64,000 nt of DNA. Origin: a candidate division WOR-1 bacterium RIFOXYB2_FULL_42_35. Its GTDB lineage: Bacteria > Margulisbacteria > WOR-1 > O2-12-FULL-45-9. Under the pieces are notes generated by a model. It saw only the letters and a list, made by a program, of their open reading frames with translations, searched no databases and was not told where the DNA came from. Where the stretch lies: assembly GCA_001771545.1 (NCBI GenBank), contig MEUC01000005.1, positions 2,379 to 66,378 of the forward strand, read 5' to 3'. This document shows positions 19,847 through 28,208 of the stretch, piece by piece. The stretch's first letter is position 1. The number at the start of each line of letters is the position of its first letter. A program made the translations under genes and the position numbers.

Positions 19847-20197
19847 TTAGTCATTTTGTTTGTTAATTAAATCCTTTACATCCAGAGTTTTATACTCTTC
19901 ATATATTTTTAAGGCTAAGGCCAGCGCCAGGGAAGTTATCACCAGACCAATCACAATGGAAGTCAACATCACCGCCTGAGGCAGCGGATCAACCATCGGC
20001 AGAAGAGTTCTGCCATGATCAAAAATAGCCGCCTGGCCAGAGACTACATACCCAAGGCTGACAAAAAACAAAATCACTCCGGAGTTCATCACATAGAGGC
20101 ACATGATTATTTTTATAGTATTTCTTTTGGTCAGAACTCCAAAAAGTCCCAACAAAATAATAATTATTCCTACCGTAATCCCATTAAAGCCGATCAT
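19847..20197 (-). CDS. mrpC: Mrp antiporter subunit C (NuoK-like)
   Basis: 116 aa, 3 TM, NuoK/MnhC-like. Confidence 0.7.
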   Translation of the reverse strand: MIGFNGITVGIIIILLGLFGVLTKRNTIKIIMCLYVMNSGVILFFVSLGYVVSGQAAIFDHGRTLLPMVDPLPQAVMLTSIVIGLVITSLALALALKIYEEYKTLDVKDLINKQND

Positions 20198-20622
20198 TCT
20201 TCACTCCCAAATTTAATTAGGCGATAAAAAACCACGGCAATCCCTGTTCCCACCATAAAACCAATGGTCAAGTTAAGAAAAAAAATTAAGCCGGCACTTG
20301 GCACTGTCCCAATCTCTCCCCTGGGCATAAAGTCCGAGAGAAAAGCCCGGCCGAAAAACATGCTCATAAAACCCATCAGCAGAAAAACCAGCATACCAAT
20401 ATTTTTTATTAAAGAAAGAGCTTTCTCTTGAAAACGGTTTTCTGCCTCCTTAATCCCTTCAACCAAACCCAAAAGGATAATGGCTGAACCAAAGATTACT
20501 CCACCCTGAAAGCCACCTCCCGGAGAGAGATGGCCATGAGAAATCAAATAACAGCCATAAAGCAACATAAAAGGAAAGAGTTTTCTGGTAAAAATACTGA
20601 CAATTTCAGACGTTCGCTTCAA
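20194..20622 (-). CDS. mrpB: Mrp antiporter subunit B (MnhB/MbhF-like)
   Basis: HGHLSPGGGFQGG motif characteristic of MnhB. Confidence 0.7.
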   Translation of the reverse strand: MKRTSEIVSIFTRKLFPFMLLYGCYLISHGHLSPGGGFQGGVIFGSAIILLGLVEGIKEAENRFQEKALSLIKNIGMLVFLLMGFMSMFFGRAFLSDFMPRGEIGTVPSAGLIFFLNLTIGFMVGTGIAVVFYRLIKFGSEE

Positions 20623-20888
20623 TCCTTTTCTCCTTCACCTGGTTTTCTCAGCAACATAAAAACCCCCAAAGCTGCTGCGAAGAAAACAGTTGCTTCTCCC
20701 AGCGTATCATAGGCCCGATAATCCAGATAGATGGCCGTGACAATGTTAAGTGCCCCTGTATCAGCAACTCCATGGTTAAGATAATATTGCGACAGCCCTG
20801 TTTTAGGCTGGCCAAAATTTATTTTTATGGCACTAAGAAGAAAAAAGGCCAAGAGCAACAACAGAATTATCGGTACAATTCTTTTCAA
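20619..20888 (-). CDS. MnhB-domain small subunit (MbhE-like; split MrpA C-terminal part)
   Basis: GALNIVTAIYLDYRAYDTLGEATV is the MnhB-domain signature. Confidence 0.6.
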   Translation of the reverse strand: MKRIVPIILLLLLAFFLLSAIKINFGQPKTGLSQYYLNHGVADTGALNIVTAIYLDYRAYDTLGEATVFFAAALGVFMLLRKPGEGEKD

Positions 20889-21118
20889 TTTTCTCTTCTC
20901 CTGGTTTTACTGATCGCCACCACAAAAAGAACTGTTGAGACCCCTGCCCCAATGGCAGCTTCTGCCATGGCAAGATCTAAAGCATGGAGGTTAAAGAAAA
21001 GAAAGGTCAGCACCAAGCTGAAGGCGGCTAAAATAATGACTGAATTCAAGAGATCTTTCATCTCAATTGCCAGTAATGCCGTGACAATTAACATAATTAA
21101 AAAAACGTCATTAATCAT
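20885..21118 (-). CDS. DUF4040/MbhD-like small membrane subunit (split MrpA C-terminal part)
   Basis: ALDLAMAEAAIGAGVSTVLFVVAI. The likely start is the internal MINDVF (the track ORF extends to 21181, overlapping mrpG). Confidence 0.55.
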   Translation of the reverse strand: MINDVFLIMLIVTALLAIEMKDLLNSVIILAAFSLVLTFLFFNLHALDLAMAEAAIGAGVSTVLFVVAISKTRRREN

Positions 21119-21410
21119 TTTTAGCTTCCCACGGTTTAATCCCCGATTCAAGCGCACCCCTAGCAATGGCATGTGAAGCAACCGGGCTAGTAATCAAGAT
21201 AAACACGGCAATCAGAAAAATGCGCCAAGAAAAATGACTCAAGCCAGAATAAATCATTAAACCAATAAAAATAGACAGTACCCCACCCGTGCCTGCCTTA
21301 CCAGCGGGATGGAGACGGGTATAGACATCGGGAAAACGCATAATGCCTATAACCCCAAAAGAGATAAATAACATTCCCAAAGCAAAAAAAACATCAGCAA
21401 CTATAATCAT
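21111..21410 (-). CDS. mrpG: Mrp antiporter subunit G
   Basis: GVIGIMRFPDVYTRLHPAGKAGTGG is the MnhG/PhaG signature. Confidence 0.7.
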   Translation of the reverse strand: MIIVADVFFALGMLFISFGVIGIMRFPDVYTRLHPAGKAGTGGVLSIFIGLMIYSGLSHFSWRIFLIAVFILITSPVASHAIARGALESGIKPWEAKND

Positions 21411-21670
21411 CGGTGCAACTCCCGACCGGTTAAATACTTCGCAATAGCAATCACAGAAACATAACCCAAAATAGCATAAACCAGGGCCACGTCCAAATAG
21501 ACCAAGTAATTATAATGCACCGCCATTATGACAATTATTACCGTAATGTTGGTGACCATGAGATTAAGGCCGATTAAGCGATCAAAATGCGTTGGCCCAC
21601 TGACAATCCTAACCAAACACAAGAATGATGTCACAGACAAAATATAGGCCATAATCAAAAACCAGTTCAA
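21407..21670 (-). CDS. mrpF: Mrp antiporter subunit F
   Basis: RIVSGPTHFDRLIGLNLM is the MnhF signature. Confidence 0.65.
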   Translation of the reverse strand: MNWFLIMAYILSVTSFLCLVRIVSGPTHFDRLIGLNLMVTNITVIIVIMAVHYNYLVYLDVALVYAILGYVSVIAIAKYLTGRELHR

Positions 21671-22179
21671 TAGAAGATCCTCCTTAGTTGGGCTTCTGTT
21701 CGGCCTTTAATGATTCTGGCTGCCTGATGAACATTTTGTCTTTTAACGTTTAAGCAATGAACCAATAATTCTTTTTCCTGCAAATCAACGGTCACGGTTC
21801 CAGGAGTTAAAGTAATCGAATTAGCTAAAAGCGCTCGAGCAAACCGGGATTTCAAACGTGTTTTTATTCTTACAAACCCAGGCTTTATTTTCATAGAAAG
21901 AACATAATAGACAACCATGAAACTGCCTAAATATATCTCAAACAGCAACACAAAAATATAAGCAAAAGAATATTGAAAACGGGGCAATTGACCATCTTGA
22001 ATCTTTTCCTCTTTATCAATAAAAAGATCATAGGTAAAAACAGCAATCACAAAAGAGAAGAGTACTCCAAGCAGTAAAGAAAAAGCGTCTAAGCTAAAAG
22101 TGAAGAGCAGCCAGACCAGCAAAAGAAAAACAAAAGTAATGATTATCTTTTGAGTTTCTCCGGGTCGTGTTATCCTCAT
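21667..22179 (-). CDS. mrpE: Mrp antiporter subunit E
   Basis: ANSITLTPGTVTVDL motif of MnhE. Confidence 0.65.
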   Translation of the reverse strand: MRITRPGETQKIIITFVFLLLVWLLFTFSLDAFSLLLGVLFSFVIAVFTYDLFIDKEEKIQDGQLPRFQYSFAYIFVLLFEIYLGSFMVVYYVLSMKIKPGFVRIKTRLKSRFARALLANSITLTPGTVTVDLQEKELLVHCLNVKRQNVHQAARIIKGRTEAQLRRIFY

Positions 22180-23201
22180 GCTTTATTTAAATCCCCAACC
22201 AACTCAAGCAACCGGCCATAACTCATGCGGTCAAACTTAAGGCAGAGTCGAGGCAGGCTAAGAAATTCTTTATTGCGCACTTCTACAGGCAGCGGACCAC
22301 TTGGTTTTATTTCCCCTTCAATAACATCTTGATATTTACAACTTAGCTTTTGCAAGTATTGCTCAGAGATCTTGTGGTTAAGCCTAATTATAGTAATATC
22401 CCTAGCGTAACGAATGGAATGATAATTCTTATAAAATTCTGTCACAGCCTTAACCGCTGCTTGCGCCGAATTAACAATTCTAAAAAGATTTAAATCAATT
22501 TCCCGAACATAGCCTCCCTTAATCAACTCTTTCTTAACAAAAGCCAACCAGGTTTTCCAGTAACTCTTGCCTGGGGTTTCCACTAAGACGATGGGACGAG
22601 GAGCTGCTTTGCCGGTTTGCATCAGAGTTAAGATTTCAAAACCTTCGTCATGGGTACCAAATCCACCGGGAAAAAGCACGGTGGCTTCCGATTCTTTTAT
22701 AAAAGCCAGCTTTCTGGTAAAGAAATAATTTACATTGAGCAGTTTTTCGCCCTGAGCAATATATTGATTTGGTTGAACTTCCAAAGGAAGTTTAATTTTG
22801 ATAGCAAAGCCTTCCTTTCCCGCGCCCTTATTGCCGGCCTCCATCACCCCACCACCTCCACCAGTGATAACCATAAACCCTTGCTCAACTATTCCTTTGG
22901 CAAAGTCTTCAACCATTTTATATTCCAGACTGTCGGCAGGTGTCCGGTGAGAGCCAAAAATAACCACTTTTCTTTTAGCTCGATATTTGGCAAAAGTGCG
23001 AAAGATATGCCGCAGCTCTTTGATGGTTGTGTTAAGCAGAAACAAGTCTCTTTCATCCGCTCCATCTAAATGAAGCTTTATTACGGTGGTCAAAAGTTGG
23101 CGAATATAATCACGTGTGTGCGGAGTGCTGTATTTTTTCGCCAACGCTGCTATTTCCTGATCGGTTTGAGGATTGTCGGTTTGATATGTTTTGTGGTTCA
23201 T
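22176..23201 (-). CDS. LOG-family (TIGR00730 / lysine-decarboxylase-like) nucleotide 5'-monophosphate nucleosidase-like protein with terminal extensions
   Basis: VITGGGGGVMEAGNKGA and LFPGGFGTHDEGFEIL (PGGxGTxxE) motifs. Confidence 0.7.
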   Translation of the reverse strand: MNHKTYQTDNPQTDQEIAALAKKYSTPHTRDYIRQLLTTVIKLHLDGADERDLFLLNTTIKELRHIFRTFAKYRAKRKVVIFGSHRTPADSLEYKMVEDFAKGIVEQGFMVITGGGGGVMEAGNKGAGKEGFAIKIKLPLEVQPNQYIAQGEKLLNVNYFFTRKLAFIKESEATVLFPGGFGTHDEGFEILTLMQTGKAAPRPIVLVETPGKSYWKTWLAFVKKELIKGGYVREIDLNLFRIVNSAQAAVKAVTEFYKNYHSIRYARDITIIRLNHKISEQYLQKLSCKYQDVIEGEIKPSGPLPVEVRNKEFLSLPRLCLKFDRMSYGRLLELVGDLNKA

Positions 23202-23396
23202 TAAACTTTACACCTTACATTTTAAACCTTCCACAGTTTACCAACAATTTATTCGACTGACAACTTCTATTCCTTGGTTCTATTCCTTGGTCACAAAAGG
23301 TGACTCTTTTTTGACTTCTCACCGGAAAGGTTGAAAATTCTTAATCGAGCGAAATTTCCTGCAAAAACTGCAGATAAAGTGACAGGGTCAATTATC

Positions 23397-25457
23397 ATGA
23401 AAATACAAGGCAATGTTCCCCAAGCTTTAAGAAAACATCTTCCTCCAGAAGGAGCCAGTTCAATTCTTTTGGTGGTTCCCCGATATACACGTTTGGCCAT
23501 GCCCAGACACAGTGTGCGTTACCTGGCAGGCACATTAGTCGATCATAATCTAATGCAAAGAATTGCGCAAAACTCAAAGATTAAGGGCTTAAACGATGTT
23601 GCACCACCAGAACTTCACGTGCGAATACTAGATTTAAGTGTTGCTCCAAAAGATTTTGATTTGGCCGGATTCTTGACTTCTTTTTCTCCTTCAGTTTTAG
23701 GAGTCACTGTTGATGCCCACTCAGCTGGAGCTGCTTTTGAGATTGCTAAACTAGCCCCTAGTCATACTTTGAAAGTAGCTGGCGGCTACTTCCCTTCTGC
23801 CCAACCTTCATCCACCCTTAAGGGAGGTTTTGACATTGCAGTTATTGGTGCCGGTGAAGAAACTTTGGGAGAGATTGTCCTAGCTCAACATTTTCTTGCT
23901 TATGGACAATTTAAAGATGTTCTAGAAGAAATCCCAGGAATCTCATACAAAACAAATAGTAAAACCACAGCAAGAAACGAAAACAGAATTCCACAGATCC
24001 ACCTAGACGACCTGCCTTTCCCTCATAACGCTGATCCTCTCCTCATCTTTAATCGTTTTCCCCAGCTAGAGGGATTAACACAAGCATCCATAGTTGGATC
24101 AAGGGGTTGCGGTAATAGGTGTTTATACTGTTCTGGCCATTCAGTTACGTTAGGAAAAGTTAGATCTAGATCAGCAGCAAATATTTTGGCTGAAGTAGCC
24201 GCTCTTTATCAATCTGGAACTCGCACAATAGTTTTCGATGAAGAAGATTTCATGTTATTACATCCCAGAGCAGAAATGACAAAATTACTGGCTGGCTTAA
24301 GGACTTTAAAAGAGCAAGATCCAACTTTTGGCTGGGTTATAGAAACTCGTGGGGATAGACTTTCTCCTGAATCAATAATAGCCATGGCCGCCGCTGGACT
24401 TAAGATATTAGCTTTTGGAGTTGAAACACTAGATCAACCACTCGCCAGAACATTAAAAGCTGATCCAAGATTATCAATTGACAACTTAAATGAAGCAACA
24501 AGAACTGCGCAGGCTGCCGGGATTGAAGTTTATTACAACTTAATAATTGGCACTCCTGGCTACGGCTGGCAACAAGCCTTATCAACCGCAAAAGAGTTAC
24601 TTAAACAACCACCAGACAAAGCTGCGGTTGGTAGATACAAACTTTATCCTGGCTCTCCTTTTTACGAGCAAAGTTCCACAGCAGATCGCTTGGCAGTGGA
24701 AACCAGACAATTAAGAATTGTTAATCCAGACAAAGATTATCCGACTCTCCCTACAGCAGCAATGACGGCAGCAGAAATAAAACAATTGGAGGACGAACTG
24801 GAAATTTTTGTTTTTGGTTTAACCATAGCGAGGGCTTTCCCACCGGTCAGGCAACAATGGCTCGTCGCACTTCAAGGAATTATAGAAGCTTTTAGAATCA
24901 ATGCCATTTATGATTTGTTTTTAAACTCCGAAGAACCACCGCTGCCAAGAGAAAAGTTGCTGCAATCTTTACCAAAAGATCTTCAAACCTTTTCCGGAAA
25001 AAGACAACAAGGCAGCAAAGGTTTTCGTTGCGAAGAAGCACTGGGTAACATGGAAACGAGAAAAAAAGTCCTCAACTATCTCCCTGCCCTTATTTCTCTA
25101 CAGCTTCCAGAAGAAAGCACTAAATTAATTGATTCCCTTTTAGAAAACACCACCGTACAAGGAGGCCGTCAACTTGCTAGTCTCCCTCTTAATCAAATGA
25201 AAGATTTCCTAACAGGCGTTCTTATAATGCTTCAACTTTCACAGAAAAGGCATGGGCAAATATTTACTCGTGTAATTATAAATGATCCAGAAAATATTTA
25301 TGCAATTGCGAAAAGGAAACCAACCCTTGATAACAATCGACTCGCTCTTCAGGCCGAGCGCTTCTTAAAAGGGGAAAGCAATAAGATAGAAATCTTTGGC
25401 TATAATTTGGAAATAAACAACGAAGCCCAAACCCTAACAATTAGTCCGGCAAGTTAA
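23397..25457 (+). CDS. B12-binding-domain radical SAM protein with ~300 aa C-terminal extension
   Basis: N-terminal ILLVVP...YLAGTL B12-binding fold and a SRGCGNRCLYCSG CxxxCxxC cluster. The probable start is the internal MKIQGNV (the track ORF starts at a TTG at 23331). Confidence 0.7.
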   Translation: MKIQGNVPQALRKHLPPEGASSILLVVPRYTRLAMPRHSVRYLAGTLVDHNLMQRIAQNSKIKGLNDVAPPELHVRILDLSVAPKDFDLAGFLTSFSPSVLGVTVDAHSAGAAFEIAKLAPSHTLKVAGGYFPSAQPSSTLKGGFDIAVIGAGEETLGEIVLAQHFLAYGQFKDVLEEIPGISYKTNSKTTARNENRIPQIHLDDLPFPHNADPLLIFNRFPQLEGLTQASIVGSRGCGNRCLYCSGHSVTLGKVRSRSAANILAEVAALYQSGTRTIVFDEEDFMLLHPRAEMTKLLAGLRTLKEQDPTFGWVIETRGDRLSPESIIAMAAAGLKILAFGVETLDQPLARTLKADPRLSIDNLNEATRTAQAAGIEVYYNLIIGTPGYGWQQALSTAKELLKQPPDKAAVGRYKLYPGSPFYEQSSTADRLAVETRQLRIVNPDKDYPTLPTAAMTAAEIKQLEDELEIFVFGLTIARAFPPVRQQWLVALQGIIEAFRINAIYDLFLNSEEPPLPREKLLQSLPKDLQTFSGKRQQGSKGFRCEEALGNMETRKKVLNYLPALISLQLPEESTKLIDSLLENTTVQGGRQLASLPLNQMKDFLTGVLIMLQLSQKRHGQIFTRVIINDPENIYAIAKRKPTLDNNRLALQAERFLKGESNKIEIFGYNLEINNEAQTLTISPAS

Positions 25458-25481
25458 TGTTGAAAGCATAAAAACAGCTGA

Positions 25482-26066
25482 TCATTCTTGCAAATTAAAG
25501 GTCAAGCCAACAAAAGCACCAAAAAGAGCAATCCTGGCTCCATCATAATATTGCTCACTATATTTCAAACCAAACTCTAAATATTTTGCAAGATGCCCTT
25601 GGTTCCCCACCCTCATCTCGGTACTAATAGAAACTCCCCAGCTAAAACCTGATAGAGTTTCGAAGTCATAAAGAGTTTTATGTTTGGGATCCCGCACAGT
25701 TGCTTGACCAAACAAATAGCCAACATCAACCCCTGTCTTGACCATATTCCATCTAAGACCATTAGGTAAGGTCTTAGTAAAAAGGGCATAATCTATTTCC
25801 AGACCAAAATAATTAAACAAAGAGGAAATTTCATAGCTATTATTCTCTGATCCCTGCCACTCAAAGATTTGCAAATCATAAACAGCGGCAATCTTTAGGT
25901 CACTTAGCCTTAAATCAATACCCAAGCCAAATCCCAGGGAATAGCCAGGGCCAGTGATAAAGCCTTTTAACCCATTACTAACAACATCAGTTACATCATG
26001 CAAAGGGAAAGCACCAGCAAGGCTTATTCTAGGCTGTAAACCAAGCGAAACCGGAAAATCAGTCAT
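25482..26066 (-). CDS. Hypothetical Gly/aromatic-rich beta-strand protein (paralog-like to the 1201..1920 protein)
   Basis: Shares the LFGQ and YLEFGLKYS (cf. GLEIGYSAL) blocks with the secreted 239 aa protein. No evident signal peptide. Confidence 0.4.
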   Translation of the reverse strand: MTDFPVSLGLQPRISLAGAFPLHDVTDVVSNGLKGFITGPGYSLGFGLGIDLRLSDLKIAAVYDLQIFEWQGSENNSYEISSLFNYFGLEIDYALFTKTLPNGLRWNMVKTGVDVGYLFGQATVRDPKHKTLYDFETLSGFSWGVSISTEMRVGNQGHLAKYLEFGLKYSEQYYDGARIALFGAFVGLTFNLQE

Positions 26067-26216
26067 GTTAACTTCCTTATATAGACAACGTTCGTTCCAA
26101 ATATCTATCTATAAGATATGGAATAAATTTCAGGAAAGATCAGTATTTAAGCAACAAAATCTGAACGTCGGTAAATCTATCTTGCTTATAAAAAACAATC
26201 CGGCTATAATCCGTTC

Positions 26217-27614
26217 ATGAACCTGGAAACAATAAGGAACCTTATTCTTCTAACCGGTTGGCCGGTCTTGATAATCGGCAGCATCTTTTTAACTTACAAA
26301 GCCTTCCAATTCTACAACAGTGTTAATCGTGTTGTCTTTGGCAAACTCGTAATGATTATGACCGGCGGCTGGCTGCTGACCATGTACTCACTGGGCATTG
26401 TGGCAACAGTAGCCATGTATGCCAACATCCAAAGCGGGGTTTACGTTGTTTTACCTATTTTCATCGTCTGGGCAACTACAATGGTTATTTTAACGGTTAT
26501 TGATCTGTCCTGGCAAAAGGAAGCGGTAACAATTAATGAGTTCTATCAAGACATTGAAAGAAAGTATCAGTCCATCTTTGAGTTTTCTCCTGAAGCAATA
26601 TTACTGCTTGATACTACCGGAATCATCCTAGCCTCAAACGACCGCTTGCAAGAATGGCTGGACTTTAAAACCAAAGATATTGTCGGTAAAAACATTGTGG
26701 TACTCCCCTTCTTAACCGAAGAGAGTAAAGCTAACATCATGAAAAACTTCGCCGAACGACTCATGGGCAAAGACTCAGCCTCCTACCAGGTAGAGTTTTT
26801 CAACAAACAAGGCGGACGCATGTTTGGTCAAGTTGTGGCTGCCACAGTTAGAGATAAGGCTGGCAATATCATTAGAAACTTAACCATGATTAGCGATGTT
26901 ACTGAACGGGTAAAACTGGAAAAACTAAGAGATGACCTGACTCACATGATTGCTCATGATTTAAAGAATCCAATTGTTAGTATCTCTAGTTCAACCAGTC
27001 TCTTAATTGAGGATATCGGCCAACAAATTTCCGGGCAGCAAAAATCCCTCCTTAACAACATCTTAATTACCTGCAAGAAATTATCCAATCTGATTATGGA
27101 TTTACTGCAAATAAAAAATGTTGAAGACAATAAGTTGACCCTAAAAAAAGAAAAGTTCAATCCACAGGAGCTGGTAGCCGGTCTAACCTGGATAAAAGAT
27201 TTAGCTAGCCAGAAAGAGCTCAACCTTGAAATCAATGCTAGCGCGGATCTGTGGCTGGAAGCAGATAAAGACTTGATCGGTCGAACTATTGAGAACTTAC
27301 TCTCTAATGCGATTAAACATACTCCACCAAAAGGTCAAATCACCTTAAACATCAAAGAAGAATCTGGTCAGCTCTTGTTTGAGGTCATTGATAATGGCCA
27401 AGGCATTCCTAAACAATATATCCCCATGGTCTTTGATAAGTTTTTTAAAGTTGAAGATCAAAACCAAGGATCCTGGCTTGATACAGGCTTGGGTTTAACT
27501 TTTTGCAAGCTCGCAGTTGAGGCCCACGGCGGTAAAATCGGGGTAGAAAGCGAGCCGACTAAAGGAGCCAGGTTTTTCTTCACTATTCCACAACAAGCAG
27601 GGGTCAATTTTTAG
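26217..27614 (+). CDS. Sensor histidine kinase (TM - PAS - HisKA - HATPase_c)
   Basis: LTHMIAHDLKNPI H-box; GLGLTFCKLAVEAHGGKIGVESEP G2 box; N-terminal TM helices; PAS region. Confidence 0.85.
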   Translation: MNLETIRNLILLTGWPVLIIGSIFLTYKAFQFYNSVNRVVFGKLVMIMTGGWLLTMYSLGIVATVAMYANIQSGVYVVLPIFIVWATTMVILTVIDLSWQKEAVTINEFYQDIERKYQSIFEFSPEAILLLDTTGIILASNDRLQEWLDFKTKDIVGKNIVVLPFLTEESKANIMKNFAERLMGKDSASYQVEFFNKQGGRMFGQVVAATVRDKAGNIIRNLTMISDVTERVKLEKLRDDLTHMIAHDLKNPIVSISSSTSLLIEDIGQQISGQQKSLLNNILITCKKLSNLIMDLLQIKNVEDNKLTLKKEKFNPQELVAGLTWIKDLASQKELNLEINASADLWLEADKDLIGRTIENLLSNAIKHTPPKGQITLNIKEESGQLLFEVIDNGQGIPKQYIPMVFDKFFKVEDQNQGSWLDTGLGLTFCKLAVEAHGGKIGVESEPTKGARFFFTIPQQAGVNF

Positions 27615-28014
27615 GCTTCAACTCCACTGGGGCTTTCCTGGCAATGGCATGCTTAATTGTCCGAATTAAGATAATTGAATCATATTCACCCTTAACCAAA
27701 TAATCCTGTACCCCGTCACTAATGGCCTTGAGAGCTAAGTCATTTTCTTCTTTAATGGTTAAGATAATTATTGGGGTTGTTCCACATTTAGACAAGACTT
27801 TTTGGGCCGTATCTATCCCTTTGGAATCAGAGAGATTTAAGTCTAGCAGAATAACATCTAGTCTGTTTTCCTCAATAATTTTCAGGGCTGTAGCCAAATC
27901 CCAAGCATGAAGCAAACTATGCTCTTCTGGCAGCTTATCTAACATGTATTTTGCTATCTTGGCATACTCCGGGGTATCTTCTACCAACAAGATATTCAAT
28001 TGCTTATCGTTCAC
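27604..28014 (-). CDS. Stand-alone response-regulator receiver (CheY-like)
   Basis: ILLVEDTPEY...VILLDLNLSD...PIIILT...K: Asp-pocket and conserved Lys pattern. Confidence 0.8.
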   Translation of the reverse strand: MNDKQLNILLVEDTPEYAKIAKYMLDKLPEEHSLLHAWDLATALKIIEENRLDVILLDLNLSDSKGIDTAQKVLSKCGTTPIIILTIKEENDLALKAISDGVQDYLVKGEYDSIILIRTIKHAIARKAPVELKPKN

Positions 28015-28090
28015 AAATTACTCCTCCTGTTTCAGACCAAAGAACAAATACAAGGAGATAAAAATCCTCCCCTTTGTTCGGATTTTTATC

Positions 28091-28163
28091 TAGCCCCAAG
28101 GGGAATCGAACCCCTATCTCGACCTTGAGAGGGTCGCGTCCTAACCGTTAGACAATGGGGCCA
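28091..28163 (-). tRNA. tRNA-Glu: tRNA-Glu (anticodon CTC)
   Basis: GGCCCCATTGTCTAACGGTTAGGACGCGACCCTCTCAAGGTCGAGATAGGGGTTCGATTCCCCTTGGGGCTA folds as a cloverleaf. 7-bp acceptor stem, anticodon stem CGACC/GGTCG with loop CTCTCAA, TTCGATT T-loop; no CCA encoded. Confidence 0.85.
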
Positions 28164-28208
28164 AGCGAATCTAGATTATAGCACAAAAAAATGTTATAAT
28201 TGAATACG

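Noticed and set aside
23291-23577. Small minus-strand ORFs 23291..23500 and 23395..23577
   Set aside because: They overlap the 5' end of the radical-SAM gene antisense. No RBS or motif; likely spurious.
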